Part shown: positions 48,495-61,691 of the stretch, piece by piece | Numbering within the stretch: the first letter of the stretch is position 1 | How the letters are laid out: each line of letters opens with the position of its first letter | Assembly: GCA_964270895.1 (NCBI GenBank) | Contig: OZ185443.1 | Direction: 5' to 3' (one strand) | Length of the DNA: 64,000 nt | From: Podarcis filfolensis | Lineage: Eukaryota | The notes under the pieces: model-generated | Database searches by the model: none | What the model was told of the DNA's origin: nothing | Seen by the model: the letters and a program-made list of their open reading frames with translations, nothing else | Translations under genes and position numbers: made by a program

Positions 48495-51400
48495 CTGTAA
48501 AGCAAAGCACATTTTTCTTACGGTATCACTAGATGGCAGTGAAGTTACAGGGAAGATAACATCCATGCTATTTGTCTTAATGCTCGGGCTACGCATGCTC
48601 TTATTGACAGGCGTATCCTATGCTCTGCTGTGGTGGTAAGACAGCACAGTAAAGCACATTGGGCTCCCAAGGCTGGTATGACATGGCTAGTTTCTATGCA
48701 GCATACAGTTAGTAGTGCATCAGTGAACTGATGCTACATCAGCTGCAGTGATAAACTAAGTAAAAAAAGAATTTTGGAAGCATTGGGAAGACTTTTCTCT
48801 ACCACTATAGACTTTGAATCAGTTATGATAAGTACCAATTTTTGGCCAGTAAATGTGCTTGGCAAATGAACAGCTGTTCAATTATTATTATCTAAATATT
48901 TTATTAAATGGAATGTAGAAATAATATCCCTCCTGCCCAAAATTTTCTTACAGGAAACGGAACAAAAATAATAATCATGTATATTGTTATTAGATGCATA
49001 TAAAATAAAGTTCCTCCAGATGGCATAAAAGGTCTGTGGTTCCTTTTCCCCTGGTAGGTGTCTAATGTTGTGTGTGTGTTTTTCCCCAAGAATGCAGTAT
49101 TTCAAACATTTCTATGCCAAGCAGGTAAGTCTAGATCTTCCAAGGATTTCCATCTCTGAACTACAGATTGTTGTGTAGTGGTCAACAAATAAGGTAGCAA
49201 TCCCTTACATGGTAACAGAATTCCCTGCAAATTCAACAAGTTATATATAAGGTGCATACAATATCTAATATTTCCCCATGAGCTGCTACTTTCCCTGTTA
49301 TACAACGCCTGGAAACAAATACAATAGCTAGAAAAGATCTGAATGTCATTAAAAACAACTGTCTGAATCAGAAGGGATTAGTTAACCCAAAACTTGTGGT
49401 TACCAAAACCATACATTCCTCTCCAAAGGCATGGGCTCTTGTCTCTGACCTCACCTCTAAAAGACGGTGTGAGACCAGAGACAATCCCATACTCCCTTTC
49501 CCAGCTCCCAACTTGGAGCTGGTGAAAAGGGTGGGGATTTCACACAAAGCAAAAACGAAGCCCTTGTCCCACCTTTCACTCAGAGCTGGAAAGGGAGAGT
49601 CTGGAGCTATGTTGTGTTTCTATACTTGCTGGGTTGTTGAAGTATCTGGCAGGTGAGAGCAAAGATGCTACACCTCTGTACCCCTACCCTGAGGCAGAAT
49701 CAAACCAAATTGCATGCTTTCCTTCAACTTTGGGGATGAATCCACTATTATGTGGAATAGAAAGACCAGATAGTTTGACTTGGTGTAAGGCAGCTTCCTG
49801 TGTTTCTATGGATCACATTAGCAGTCCTCCCTGCCCCACACCTCCAGGATTGGGAGTCCAGGGCTCGTCACCCTCTCCAGAAAGCGATTGAACACATGCC
49901 ACTGCAAGTAAAAACTGTGGAGCCCTGCTAATCAGGACAACTAAAGTACATACATTAAAGAGAAAGCATTGTATTTCAAACAATATTGTATTTTTGTATT
50001 CACAATACCAAATGCAGTATTTTTCTACAAAAGCTGCCCAGCTAGCAAACACAATGCTGAACTGCTTAGCCTTGCTTACATGGGAAACAGCTTGAATAGC
50101 TTGTTAAAAGGCCAATTAATTGTAGGAATGACTGGATGTGCTAGAAATTGAAATACAGTCTAATATTATAAGACATTTCCTCTGGCTCAATCTGAGATAA
50201 GGTATTTCTTTGCATGACAGGAAGAAGGTATGATATTATTTAAACCTTTTCCTCACCCACAAAATCAAGGTTTAGAGAAGGAAAGCTGGATTTGCAGCTT
50301 TCAGGTTGCAATGCATTTTAAAACGTACCTTCTATGCACTCCGTTTCCACCCAAAGCTCTGCAATTCTATTTCTGTGCTGCTTCTTTAGCAGAATTTGCA
50401 ACAAGCATCATTTCACAGAGAATTTGTTTAATGAGTGTCACCTTGTGACACTGCCTGGCTTGTGACTAAAGCCGGGGGCTTCATTTTTTGTTATTCTCAA
50501 AGCATGAAGAGATACAAAGAGATATAATTCACAGAACACAATCCCCCTTATAAAGCTAGAATGGTAAAAAAAATGTATTTTCAAAAGATGGCTGTGTTCC
50601 CTTCAGGCAAGGAATAATGTATTTTTTGGCCACATGTATAACCTTTTCAAATTTCTTTTATTATTTTTAGTGCTGAAGCCATAAGTAGTCTAGAAACTGG
50701 ACTGTTACTTTCAACAAAGATATAATTGGAAGGTTTCCCCACAAAAGGTAAGCTTGATTTTTCAGCAGCTTCTTTTTCCTCCTACACCTGTGCTGACCTC
50801 TGACATTTATAATGTCAGTTCACCTCCCGGCAATTCTTTACCTGCCAACAACTTTAACACTGCACTGAAAGAGGGGGAAAGAGAGAGAACTTGAAAAGGT
50901 TAGTAGTTCAGGGAAAATATGTATTATTCTTCCCCTGAAGCAAATCTCACTATAATCCTAAGAATGTTATGGTGTGGAGGGTTTTTACTCTTTTTCCTTT
51001 TTTTTTTAAAAAAGTGGACTAAATAGATCATAATAAATCATTTTCAAAAATAAGGTGCTCTGCCAGGGAGGAGAAAAAAATTCAACATGGACCTCAAATT
51101 CAGTTTTAGTTCCACTCTGCCTCTGCATTACAAAATGTTCAACATATTTGCAAGAAAAGGGACATGATAAAATGTTAGTTTCAGCTCATAGTGTTAAATC
51201 TAGGTTTCCTTCACTGTTTTAAAAAATGTTTTTTATATGTTTACTGTTAGAAGGGATTCCAAAATCTGCCTGTCATGTTTTAAAGTTCTACTCAGGAAGG
51301 CTTATCACGGCAAAGTCCCAGATGTTTACAGCTGCTTTTCTATGGAGACAAATTTATATTTAGGAAGCCCGCTAGTTCTATGTAGTACTGTGAAGTCCAG

Positions 51401-53214
51401 CCCCTGAATGGCACCAAGGCAAGACACAGCAGTACGGAAGGAGGAATCATTTCACTGCAGCACTGTGATGGGAGAAACCATGCCAGGAAAATTGGCCCGT
51501 CATCATCTCTTAACCATTTTTAGCAGCCTATAGTAAGGCCTGCCAATTGTAAGTTGGTCCAGGAGAGAACTTGAATGTATGTGAAATGTTCAGTTTATCA
51601 AAATAACATTCCAGATGTGTAGCTATGTTAGTCTCCATAAACAAATCCTACAAAGAGCATTGCCTTCCATTAAATAATTATACACTTAATATTAGTATAA
51701 AGGTCTCTGGAACTGGAGCTCATTTCTTCAGATGTGTGAAAATGCAAAACCAAACTAGGAACAAAAACAACCAGCATTTCATTATGCTTAAGCCCTACAA
51801 TACATTTCCTACATGCGAATTGGTCCTGAGCAATTTTCTTAGTGAATATATGCTTTCCAATTCTTCTCAAGCAAATGTGAGTCAGCAATGCACCGATAGC
51901 CTTTAACACCCCTCTCCCTTTTAGAAAAGGCAAAACAAGACTGAATGAATTCTACTAACCTTTCCACCCTTTAAAATGTGTGTTTTGGTACATTATTAGA
52001 TTGCATCCCACCATCTTAAAAGCTTTCTTATTAGAGCAGTTCAGCATTTTGTTGCTTCAGTGAAAAAGCACCCACCCTTTTTCACCTTTTCTCCCAAATG
52101 AACTTGAAATCTAGCTGTGTTTCATTGCACTCCAAGGAAATTAAGACCCTAAAAGGAGAAAATTGAATGGAAAAAAATGTTTTAAATGATGGTTTAGAGC
52201 TACATTTGGCCCCTGGCTAGTAACTGTTTTTTAATTTTCATCTTTTTCAGAACAGTAGCAAAGTTTCTCGATTTTGTTTTCCCATTGCACATAACCCTCT
52301 GGGCAAGCTGGATAATCATCTCCTTTTGACTTCTTGCTAGCATGCCTGCTTTCGCACACTGCAAAATCAAGAGTGGCAAAAGGTCTCCCTCCCCTTTGGA
52401 TCTGTGTTCATTCCAAACCCTTGAAGTAGTAAACATTTCACCCAGCTTTTAGTTTATGATGAAAACATGGAGCAAAAAAGAAAAGAAAAAGAAAACAAGT
52501 ATTCAGATAATACATCTTAAAATAGTTCAATGTTTTCTTGACAATGTGCTATTCTGCAACAGAACATCCCAGTTGAACCCCACAGATTAGAGGGCAGTGC
52601 CTACTGCAATACACAGCCTCCATTCATCTGACAAGGGCTTGTGGGTACAAGACCCATTGAACCAGTTGAGAATTGCATACTGACACCGCTTTGTGGATAA
52701 CATTGAAATTACAATATCATAGAATGGAACCATATCAGCTATTTTCCTTTTGTTGGTATGGGTTTTACTTTCTAACACAGTACTCCATTCCTACTTAGTA
52801 CTGGGCCCATTTCCATTTAAGTTCATACCCTTATTTTGGTTGAAGCACTCACATAACCTATCATCAATGGGAGGAACCCATTCACTGTGGTTTGGTCACA
52901 CAATTACAACCTACCAGAGCTTTCTAAACTTTTCATGTTGGTGACACACTTTTTAGACATGCATCATTTCACAACACAGTAATTCAGTTTTACTAGCAAA
53001 CTGGAGGTTAAATTAACCCCTTCCAGCCCTGGGAGGAGTGCGGGGGTGTTTGCATGACACACTTATACACAGCAGCCAACACACATGTCACGACACAGTT
53101 TGGAAAGCTCTGACCTAAATGGTTGTGAATTCACCTTTAGAAAGCAACTGAAGTTCCCATGTGGAGTCAGGGTAGCTTTATGAGGACTCCAGCTGAGAGA
53201 GGGAGGCTGGAAAA

Positions 53215-53530
53215 AACACTCTACCTTGGTCCTTTCACCCTTCATCCAGTCTCAGGTCTCCAACATTCTCTGATATTTCTATTTGAATGTCTATCACCCC
53301 AAACTCAATTATGCCTGAGCCTGAATTTTTCATATTTGCCCCTAAACCTGCCTCTCCTCAATTACTCCTCATCTCTGATGATAGCATCATCATCCACTCT
53401 ATTGTCCCAGAACAAAGCCTTGGCTTTATTTTTAAACATCCTTTTCCTTTGCACCTATATTCAATCTATTGTCAAGACATGTTGCTGCATTCTATACAAC
53501 AAAGAAAGCCGCCCCTTCCTGTCTGTCCTC
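53215..53530 (+). mobile_element. L2 LINE ORF2 remnant
   Basis: Frameshifted translations EFFIFAPKPASPQLLLISDDSIII...SLGFIF and YIQSIVKTCCCILYN..RPFLS resemble L2 TELLIFPPKP..NLGVIF and HIQS..KSC.F.L.NI..IRPFLS. Confidence 0.75.
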
Positions 53531-53639
53531 TCAGTTCTGTTGGTATCCATCCATTTGTCTCAGGAAACAATGGAGGAGTTTGCCTTTGGGGGTGAGATCA
53601 AGCTGTTGGAAGGTTGCAGCGCCTGCTGTGGCTGTAGAG

Positions 53640-53810
53640 ACTGATGCGGGACAGATATATTTTGTTGCAGTTGGAGGAGATGAAGATGTCTGGTTGTGCT
53701 GCTGCATGTGGAAGGTGGTCGTAAGTTGCCCATTACATAAAGCAGCATTCTCAACATGCAAGCCTGGTAGACCTTCATTTTGGTAATGGATGTTAGCATC
53801 ACATTCTCCT
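53640..53810 (-). mobile_element. RTE-clade LINE RT remnant
   Basis: LTSITKMKVYQACMLRMLLY resembles the RTE motif L...TK..VY.A.VL..LLYG.ETW. Confidence 0.5.
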
Positions 53811-56274
53811 TTCAGTTAAATCTCTGATATATGCTCTACTTAAGTCCTACCCTGACCACTAAAAAAAAGGATGGAGGAAGGAAAGTGGTAACTTTGTGGG
53901 TAAATAATTCAGCTTAAGATAGGAAATATGGGTTCTAAAACTAGATTAATGAAAATCGGAAAAATGCATTCCTTAATTTTGCAACTGAACTTAGAAGACC
54001 AGACGAGCACACAAGGAGAAGATTGGCAGGTCTTCTGAATACAATTCAGGGTTCTGAAATATCAGTGATAACTTCCTTTTGAAAATGTTTGCTAGCACCA
54101 ATATATTGCTCTAGCAGACCACCATAGGGACTAACATAAATTGGCTTCGAGCAATTCAATTCCAAGTACAAATTTTCAAGTTGCTAATTCAATTTCTTAC
54201 ATCTTTTTGTCATGGGCTTAATTTTGGCATTAGGTTTACTTGATACATTGTTTAATAATAGGAGCAGAAGTAATGTCATGTAATCCAGTGCTTAAAAACA
54301 AAATGAATGCTGGTTAATGAATCTGTTTCACTTAAGTGCTAGAAGCAAATATTCTTTTAGTTTAATATAGTGCTGTTATTTTAGCTGCAGAACAAATGTT
54401 TACAGGCCACAAGAGCGTGTTTAACTTTCAGACCATCTATTTTTCAATTAATTTTGCATTGTGTACACTGTGTATGTTGGTCCCTGATATTGTCTCCATA
54501 TTACTCTGAAGAGTTCAATCTCAGGTATTCAGAGACTCTTAACAGCTGCTCTTGCTCCATTAGACTCACAAAGTGACAGAATAATGAATTAGGTTTCTGT
54601 CTGCACTTGAATTTATTTTCTTAAATTTGTGAAGGAAAAATAACCTTTTTTTTAAAAAAAAAAGATAGATGGCATGAAAGAGCACTATTCAAAGTTTGAA
54701 ATAAAAAAGGTTCTGCCTGCAATGTCACACTTTTCTTCAACATAAACTGTATAGGGAAAATCTCACAGCTACCACAGATCTCCATTAGTAAATATCTATA
54801 AGAGAGGGTTGGGTGAAAACTCAGTAAGTAATGCTTTAGTATCACTGAAATCAATGGAACCAGATACTCATGACTAACCTATGTCACACTGATTTCTGTG
54901 GGAGTAGATTTAATCTCGATCCAATCCAGATTTTTTTTTTTTACAGAACCTGTTGGACTGCATAAATAATACAGAAAGCCATATTTTATTACAGATAGGC
55001 AGGGCATAACTGCTCAAACAAAACTGATTGTGTCTAGGATCCAAAGAAGAATGAGGTTGCTTCTAGTGGTGCAGAGAGCCTGGAGCAGCACCCTTTATGG
55101 TGGCAGGGCTGTAAGTGGATGGCAACATGGCTACACATATCCATCCTTAAACTTGTCTGGAACCAAGCTTTCATCTACTAGCCCAAAGAACAGGACTTGA
55201 TGTCTGGAAGGTTTCAGCTCTGCCACACTGAGAAATTACTTGCGCCCTCAATTTCAGTTCTATAATTTATAACATAAAATGCACTAGAACAACAGAGTTC
55301 TAAAGTATTTTGTCCCACAGACGATATCAAATCTGCCTAAAGCACGTACTGAAGAAGAGCATTATGCATTACGACACTGAAGGAGGTTGATGTGGAACAT
55401 GAAAAGAGAGAGGGAGAAGTCTTGGGAGGAAAAAGGATCTGCTGAAAAATCAAGCTAACATTTTGCGAGGAAACCATTCAATTATATATTTGCAATTAAA
55501 GGATGCAAAGCTGTCAGTTATTTAATTATCACTATTATTAAGAGGAAATATTGATATTCTGCACAAAATGTGTTAGGTTAGTTATGTAGGTTGGTTTCAT
55601 GGACTAAACAGTTAATGCAATAAAGATTTCGAGGATGGGTATAATACTGTTTGAAATCTCTTATCTGACCTGTTGTTTTCATCATCTGTATTTCAGTCAT
55701 ACCAACAAATTCTAAAGGCATACTATAAGCAGTACAGAAAGCCATCCCAAAGTCTGCAGCAACATCCATTTTTCTTACCTTTACAAGGCCATAAATAACA
55801 TACAGGTATGATAAATGCCAATGTATGGTTCTCCAACTCTTTATAGGAAGTCCACGGCAAAGCTTACAAGGGCAATACATCTGTGGCAGCCTGGTATGAT
55901 ATCCTGATGAAGCACTATTACACTTAAGGCCTGTAAAGTGCTATGTGGTTCCAATTCATTGTTCAGAAAGAGCCACAGCTGGAGGAAACGAACTATTTAA
56001 ATTAGACTTCCATTTTGAAAAGAGGCTAATGGTGCCAGCCATGTACAGAAAGCACAGAAACCCCACAGAGCCATTAGGATGCATTTCAATGGCTTTCTTA
56101 TTAAAATTTCTGTAACACTTTTTTTTGGAGCTAAAATTAAGGTAACAGACAGAAATGAGTATATCAAAAATATATACTAAATATTGCATCAGAAAACCCT
56201 ATCATTAGTTAAATTAGTAAATAATAATAATCAGGAGTTGTATCCAAGAAAATCATTGTGTGTGAGGCACAGCT

Positions 56275-56336
56275 TAGAATAATAGAATCTTAGAGTTGGA
56301 AGGGACCCAAGGGTCATCTAGTCCAACCACCTGCAA
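56275..56336 (-). mobile_element. CR1-type 3' tail
   Basis: atagaatcttagagttggaagggacccaagggtcatctagtccaacc. Confidence 0.8.
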
Positions 56337-56693
56337 CTTCTTTGGGCACAATGGAACTCCTCCCAAGCACCCCCCAGATCTGCCATGGAGGTTTGCCTAA
56401 CCCTCCAGAATGGGTTTGGGGGAAGTGAGAGGGCGCTTCCATTGCACTCATGGAAGGCATTCCATGCTGTCAATGATTAAGTTGGATACAATACCAGGAT
56501 TCTAGGCAAATCAAATTAACTCTTCTCTTGCCTCTAGAAGGTTAATACTGAGTGACACCATCAGGTTTCTCTGGGCAGCATGTGGCATGGGGCTTGTACT
56601 TTGACAGAGATAGCTCTTATTTTGTGTTATCTGGTTTTTGGCAGAGGGTGGAGTAACAGGACCTGAAGCACATGCCTTTCAGTAGGTCTAGAA

Positions 56694-56819
56694 CAGCGGT
56701 TCTCAACCTGTGGGTCCCCAGATGTTGTTGGACTACAACTCCCATCATCCCTTGCTAGCTAGGGGTGATGGGAGTTGTACTTCAACAACATCTGGGGACC
56801 CACAGGTTGAGAAAAGCTG
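56694..56819. mobile_element. Intact palindromic hAT/Charlie-like MITE (126 bp)
   Basis: Two 59-bp arms with 54/59 identity around an 8-nt loop. Perfect 8-bp TSD GTCTAGAA at 56686-56693 and 56820-56827. Confidence 0.93.
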
Positions 56820-58299
56820 GTCTAGAAGGTTGCCAGTTTTTCATAAGGAGGATAACTGCTCAGGATATACTGAACTCAGGCCATTTATGGCCTTCATTCA
56901 CAGAATGTACCATTCCCCATGTAAATATAGCATAAACAGATACAGGAACATGATTGCAGAATGTATGTGTTATCTATTGTAGCTAAGGAATAATGTCTAC
57001 ATGCATGGCAGGAAGCAGACATAAAGTAAAGATACAGAAGTATTCCTTTAGATTTATAGACAGGTATGTTTGTATGTTGAACTCAACTTGGCCCTTGGGT
57101 ATAATTGCTCTTCTACGGCCTCAGAGATACTGATAATGCCTTCCTGTCATGTTTTATTAGCAAATCCTGCAAAACAAATATACTACTGAATGGCACTGTT
57201 CTATATCTGGTTCAAAACCTACATGTTTAGTTTCTTCATCATTCACAAGATGCCCTTAGGAGACTGGTAGCATCTCATCCTTTGAAACACTGAATGGAAG
57301 TATGATTCTACTAGCCCATAATATTTATTTTAAATTGTCAACAAAGCAAGAAAGAGAGATGCAGCAGGTCAGATCTAATGGAACCCTACTGTACTTGAAA
57401 GGAATTATTCCATTTAGGATGGGGAAAGCAATTTTTGCCAATTTCCCCTTTCCTGCTGTAGCCCCTGGTATCAACCTCTTCACTGTTCCATAGGAATCCA
57501 GATTTTCATAGGGTGCCATGACACTGCATGGGGAAAGGAGGAATCTGTGAAAATCACCACTTCTGTTTGTGGAACTTTCTATAAGTGCAACTTTTCATTA
57601 GCTAGGAACTGTCCCAAATGTTTCCAATATGGCCACCAAACTTGAGGACTTGTCCTTATCATGTCACTACAAATCTGCACAATGGCCCCTGTCATGTTGA
57701 TCAAGAAGCCTCTAGCAGCTGTGGAACAACATAACCACTACTGTTTCTAATTCACATAAGGAGACTATTGCGGCAACAATTATCTGCTTCATTGAGAACT
57801 TACAGCCTTATCTCCCTTACATTCTAGTAGTGGGTTAGCCCAAGGAAGTAAGCAATAAAAACAGAAGAAAAATATGCTCAAAGGCAATCAAGTTCTTACT
57901 ATGGATCAGCAAGCAAGCCTTGTTGCAGAAAAACCACCACAGTACTGTCAAAATGTAACACCATCAACGGTAATAACAGTATCACTGACTTGAAAATGAA
58001 GAAATATTAGCATGGCAGACAGCCATGTCTGGAAGCAATGCAATGTGAAGTAAATTGTCACCTGAGGTGCCAGGCTTGAAGTCATGACAAAAATAAAACA
58101 AAAGAATTCTATGCTGAGCAAAATAGGTAGCGTTAATTACTCAGCCAGGCAAAGTTTTAAAATGTATATTCATCAAATAATCTGTGCCTTGGGATAGATA
58201 AGAGAGACATTTAATGACAGGAAGAAACACAAAGTACTGCGAGGAAAAGCTGTCACAATCCCTCTCCTTCCTTCCTAAACACTGGGTACACATACCAAT

Positions 58300-58360
58300 G
58301 TTGTTGTTTAGTCGTTTAGTCGTGTCCGACTCTTCGTGACCCCATGGACCAGAGCACGCC
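58300..58360 (-). mobile_element. Heavily 5'-truncated BovB insertion (3'-terminal ~61 nt)
   Basis: Minus strand ggcgtgctctggtccatggggtcacgaagagtcggacacgactaaacgactaaacaacaac. 13-bp TSD TACACATACCAAT at 58287-58299 and 58375-58387. Confidence 0.92.
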
Positions 58361-58889
58361 AATACATACGCCAATACACATACCAATACAAAGTATAAAG
58401 GGCAATTGGAAGCCACAAAATGGGTCTGTGTGTATACAAACATGACTGCACTGCTCTCACTGAAGAAATCTAAAATGGAAGAGTCTTCTGTCAGCAAAGT
58501 CAGTTTAGCCCAATGCAGTAGACAAAGGTCCAAGACTTTATGAGACAAGAGGAGGCCCATAACCTAACAAAAATGGTTTTGAGAATTTCTGCTTAGGGCA
58601 GGAAGGCACAACCCATCTGTATGAGCATACGAGGCCCCTTGCAAAGAAACCACAGTTACTGGGAAGCAATTTTAAATACTGTACATAAAACTGTTTTTGT
58701 GGGAGGGGTGGGTTATTGCTTTTTTGGTTTGTGGGCTTTTTGTTCTTTTTTATTATGTATTTTTATCCTGTATTTTTATGTTTTGAACTGCCCTGAGATC
58801 TACAGATGAAGAGTGGTATACAGATTTAATAAATAATAATAAAATAATAACTGTAATCCCGACCAAATGAATTAAAGTGAAAAATGAAA

Positions 58890-59083
58890 TCACAGGAACG
58901 GCTGCCTTACATTAAACCAGACCATTAGTCCATCTAGCTCACTATTGTTTACACTGATTGGTGGTGGCTCTCCAGGGTTTCAGACAGGGGTCTTCCCCAC
59001 TCCTACCTGGAGATGCTGGGGATTGAACCTGGGGTCTTCTGCACATAGAGCAGATGCTCTGTCACTCTACTAGGGCCCTTCCC
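58890..59083 (-). mobile_element. tRNA-derived SINE with CR1-like tail
   Basis: Reverse of a tRNA-like head (ggggattgaacctggg..agcagatgctct..ggccc) plus ctgccttac..accattagtccatctagctca tail. Confidence 0.82.
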
Positions 59084-60740
59084 TAGTCTTCATGCACTCA
59101 CACTTGCTATCTCCTAATAGGTGGTCTCACTAGTTGGCTACAAATCATATTAAGGCTGCAATCCCCTACACACTTACATGGGAGCAAGTTCCATCAAACT
59201 CAACCTGACTTACTCCTAGGCACAGCTTTGTATTATACAAGCATTTACCCCAGTGAGTCTGACCCTCCATAGCCTATGGGTGTGCAATGATTATTTAAAA
59301 GTGAATAGTGTGCTATCAACTCCCACTGTTCTTTATGCACTGCTAGAATTTATGCTCTCTACATGCTTTATGAACACAATGGTTTTTGCTGCTAGGATAA
59401 TTTTATACCTGCTATCAGATCACAGTTCAGCAAGCGACAGAGGGGACGTAAACCAATTCCACAAAAGTGCATGCATTAGAAGACTACTAGATGAGCTATT
59501 TTAGAACACAAGCTTTTATGTTTCCCACAAACACAGCAAACAGATAATGTTTTTGTGCATAGTACTAAACCTGAAGGATCTGGAAACTTAGAAGGGAATA
59601 GAGCTAATATAAATGATCAAGTCATGTATGACATTCACATATGCTACTATTTTACACTGCTGTGGCTGTTTTTCGGCACAGAGGAGGATGTAAAATAAAC
59701 TCCAGATGTTTGTGGAGTGCAACTTTCATCAACCCCAGTCGGCGCATCCAAATGGTCAGGGAATATGGCAGATGTAGCCTAATGTCAACTGAAGGGTGCT
59801 AAATTATCTTACCCCTGTTATACATTTATTTCCATTATACAGTTAGATCTTGAAGTGCAGTTTGGTCTTGTCCAAGAGCTGTAGGGATGACCAACATGGT
59901 ACCCATGAAGGCCTTCAATGGCACATCTGGGCAGAAGCCCCAGTTTCTAAGTTTTTGTTTAAAAAAGTACATCTCTAGTCCTCCTAAGAAGTAAGTTATG
60001 AAATTAAATGTGCAGGTACCATTATAAGTGATTTCTGTGAAATGAGCCAGCTAGCTGCTCCCATCTGTCTGTGTTTTTAACCAATGAATTTTAGCTATGA
60101 CTGATAAGTGAATTGCTCAGACATCAGGCAAGAGGAATCCCTGGAGTCCTAAAGAGCTGCTGTTTTCCCCTTCCCCACAGTGCACTTTTCCTGTTTCTGT
60201 CTTTTTTCCTAGTCCTTGGAATTTCTATAGTTTGTTCTTTTTCTCTCAACAACAACTTTCCCATGGTGAGTTCATCTGAGATCAGGCAGTCCCTGAAAAT
60301 TATTTTCTGCAAATACAATAAGTGTGGGTGGATTTCAAAGAATCACCCCTTTCTTCAAAAGGTAAACATGAAGACTTTGCAAAGAGGCTTAGGCATGTTC
60401 AGCAGCTAAACACCATTAAGAATGCAACTTAAAAGTACAATGGAAGTCATGCCTATCAAGAAATGTGTCACATTGTGTTTAATGGGGTTAAGACACGAAT
60501 AACTTTTACCACCATGTTACTAAGCAAACAACAGAATATATTGAACCTAGACCAGTCCAGTATATTTAATTTTAGAAATACATGTGACGAAAGTATTTGA
60601 CCTTAAGCATATCAGTGATAGCAGCTAAATAAAAATACTGCCAATGGTTTAATTTGCAATTTCTTAAGGTTGTGGACCTCTGTAAAACAAGCTCAATGAT
60701 TATTTTCTTTAAGTGTCTTAAAATAATGCGATTTACTTAC

Positions 60741-60869
60741 TGGATTGAGAACAACAGTGAAAAACAGTTCCCCACCCTGTATACTTTTGTTCAGTTCTTT
60801 AGGACCACCAGGATACTCTTTGTAGAAAATGGTGTGAGTAAAGAGACCACAAGTTTGTCGAGGAAGAAC
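60741..60869 (-). CDS. NDST3: NDST3 exon ([43 protein letters not shown])
   Basis: The residues [15 protein letters not shown] fit NDST3 better than NDST4, from memory. Junctions tctgtag|GTT and CCA|gtaagt. 129 nt. Confidence 0.96.
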
Positions 60870-61505
60870 CTACAGAAAAAAAGGAACAGTGAGGGGAAGA
60901 GCAGAATGAGGCATGATCTACCCAAAGCAGAGCACTTATTGAGTCCCAGAAATTTTAATGGAAGAGATATTAACATGCACTTAATTCTCTCACTGTAATT
61001 GGCACAACTTGAATATGCTTAACTTTGTTGGGTGATTTTTTTAACCTTAATTTTGATGTACAGAAAAATGCACAGAATAAAGAAAAACTACAAACTCCTG
61101 GGGCAGCAGCATATTGATAGGTACTGCAGCAACACCCCATATTGTGCCAGTGCACCAGTGTCCAAAGAAGCACCACATGAGCAGATTACTTGTTGATTTA
61201 TTTATAGATGTATTCATATATTTAATAATGCATTGATATTTATAACTTTGAAAAAAACTTTTTTTTGCCAAATTGTTTTTATTGATTTTCCAAATCTTAT
61301 CAAATCAACCACAAATTGAAACTAAATTAATACATTTTTTTCCAAAAATTGGCCCAAAAACCCCTTTCAATGTGACCTACAATCATCTCAGGCTTGTCAG
61401 TTCCCCATTCCCTCCTCCTTCTCTTGACACAGCACTGAGTAGGAGATCAGATGCTTTCTCTTCCATTTTAAACAAATGTTCAACATCAGAAACCAAACAG
61501 CTCAC

Positions 61506-61691
61506 CATGATGTTTTTGTGGATGAAGCCCCTTCTGTACCGTGCAGGTTTCAAATGTGGATACTCTTCTGTGCTGGTGATTCTGATATTCCAGACTTTTT
61601 TCCAGGCATCGTAAAGTTGGACGTGGACAGGATAGACGCCAGAATGGTGTGGAGCTACGGCATATCCCAGATCAGTTGGAATGCCATGTTC
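61506..61691 (-). CDS. NDST3: NDST3 exon ([62 protein letters not shown])
   Basis: Deacetylase-domain [12 protein letters not shown] and TSTEEYPHL. Junctions tttcag|GAA and ATG|gtgagc. 186 nt. The ten exons join into 465 aa plus stop. Upstream exons lie outside the window. Confidence 0.97.

Noticed and set aside
53860-54450. Repeat-poor intronic stretch with several TAAT-type motifs, a possible conserved enhancer
   Set aside because: Conservation cannot be assessed from one sequence, and such motifs are abundant in AT-rich DNA.
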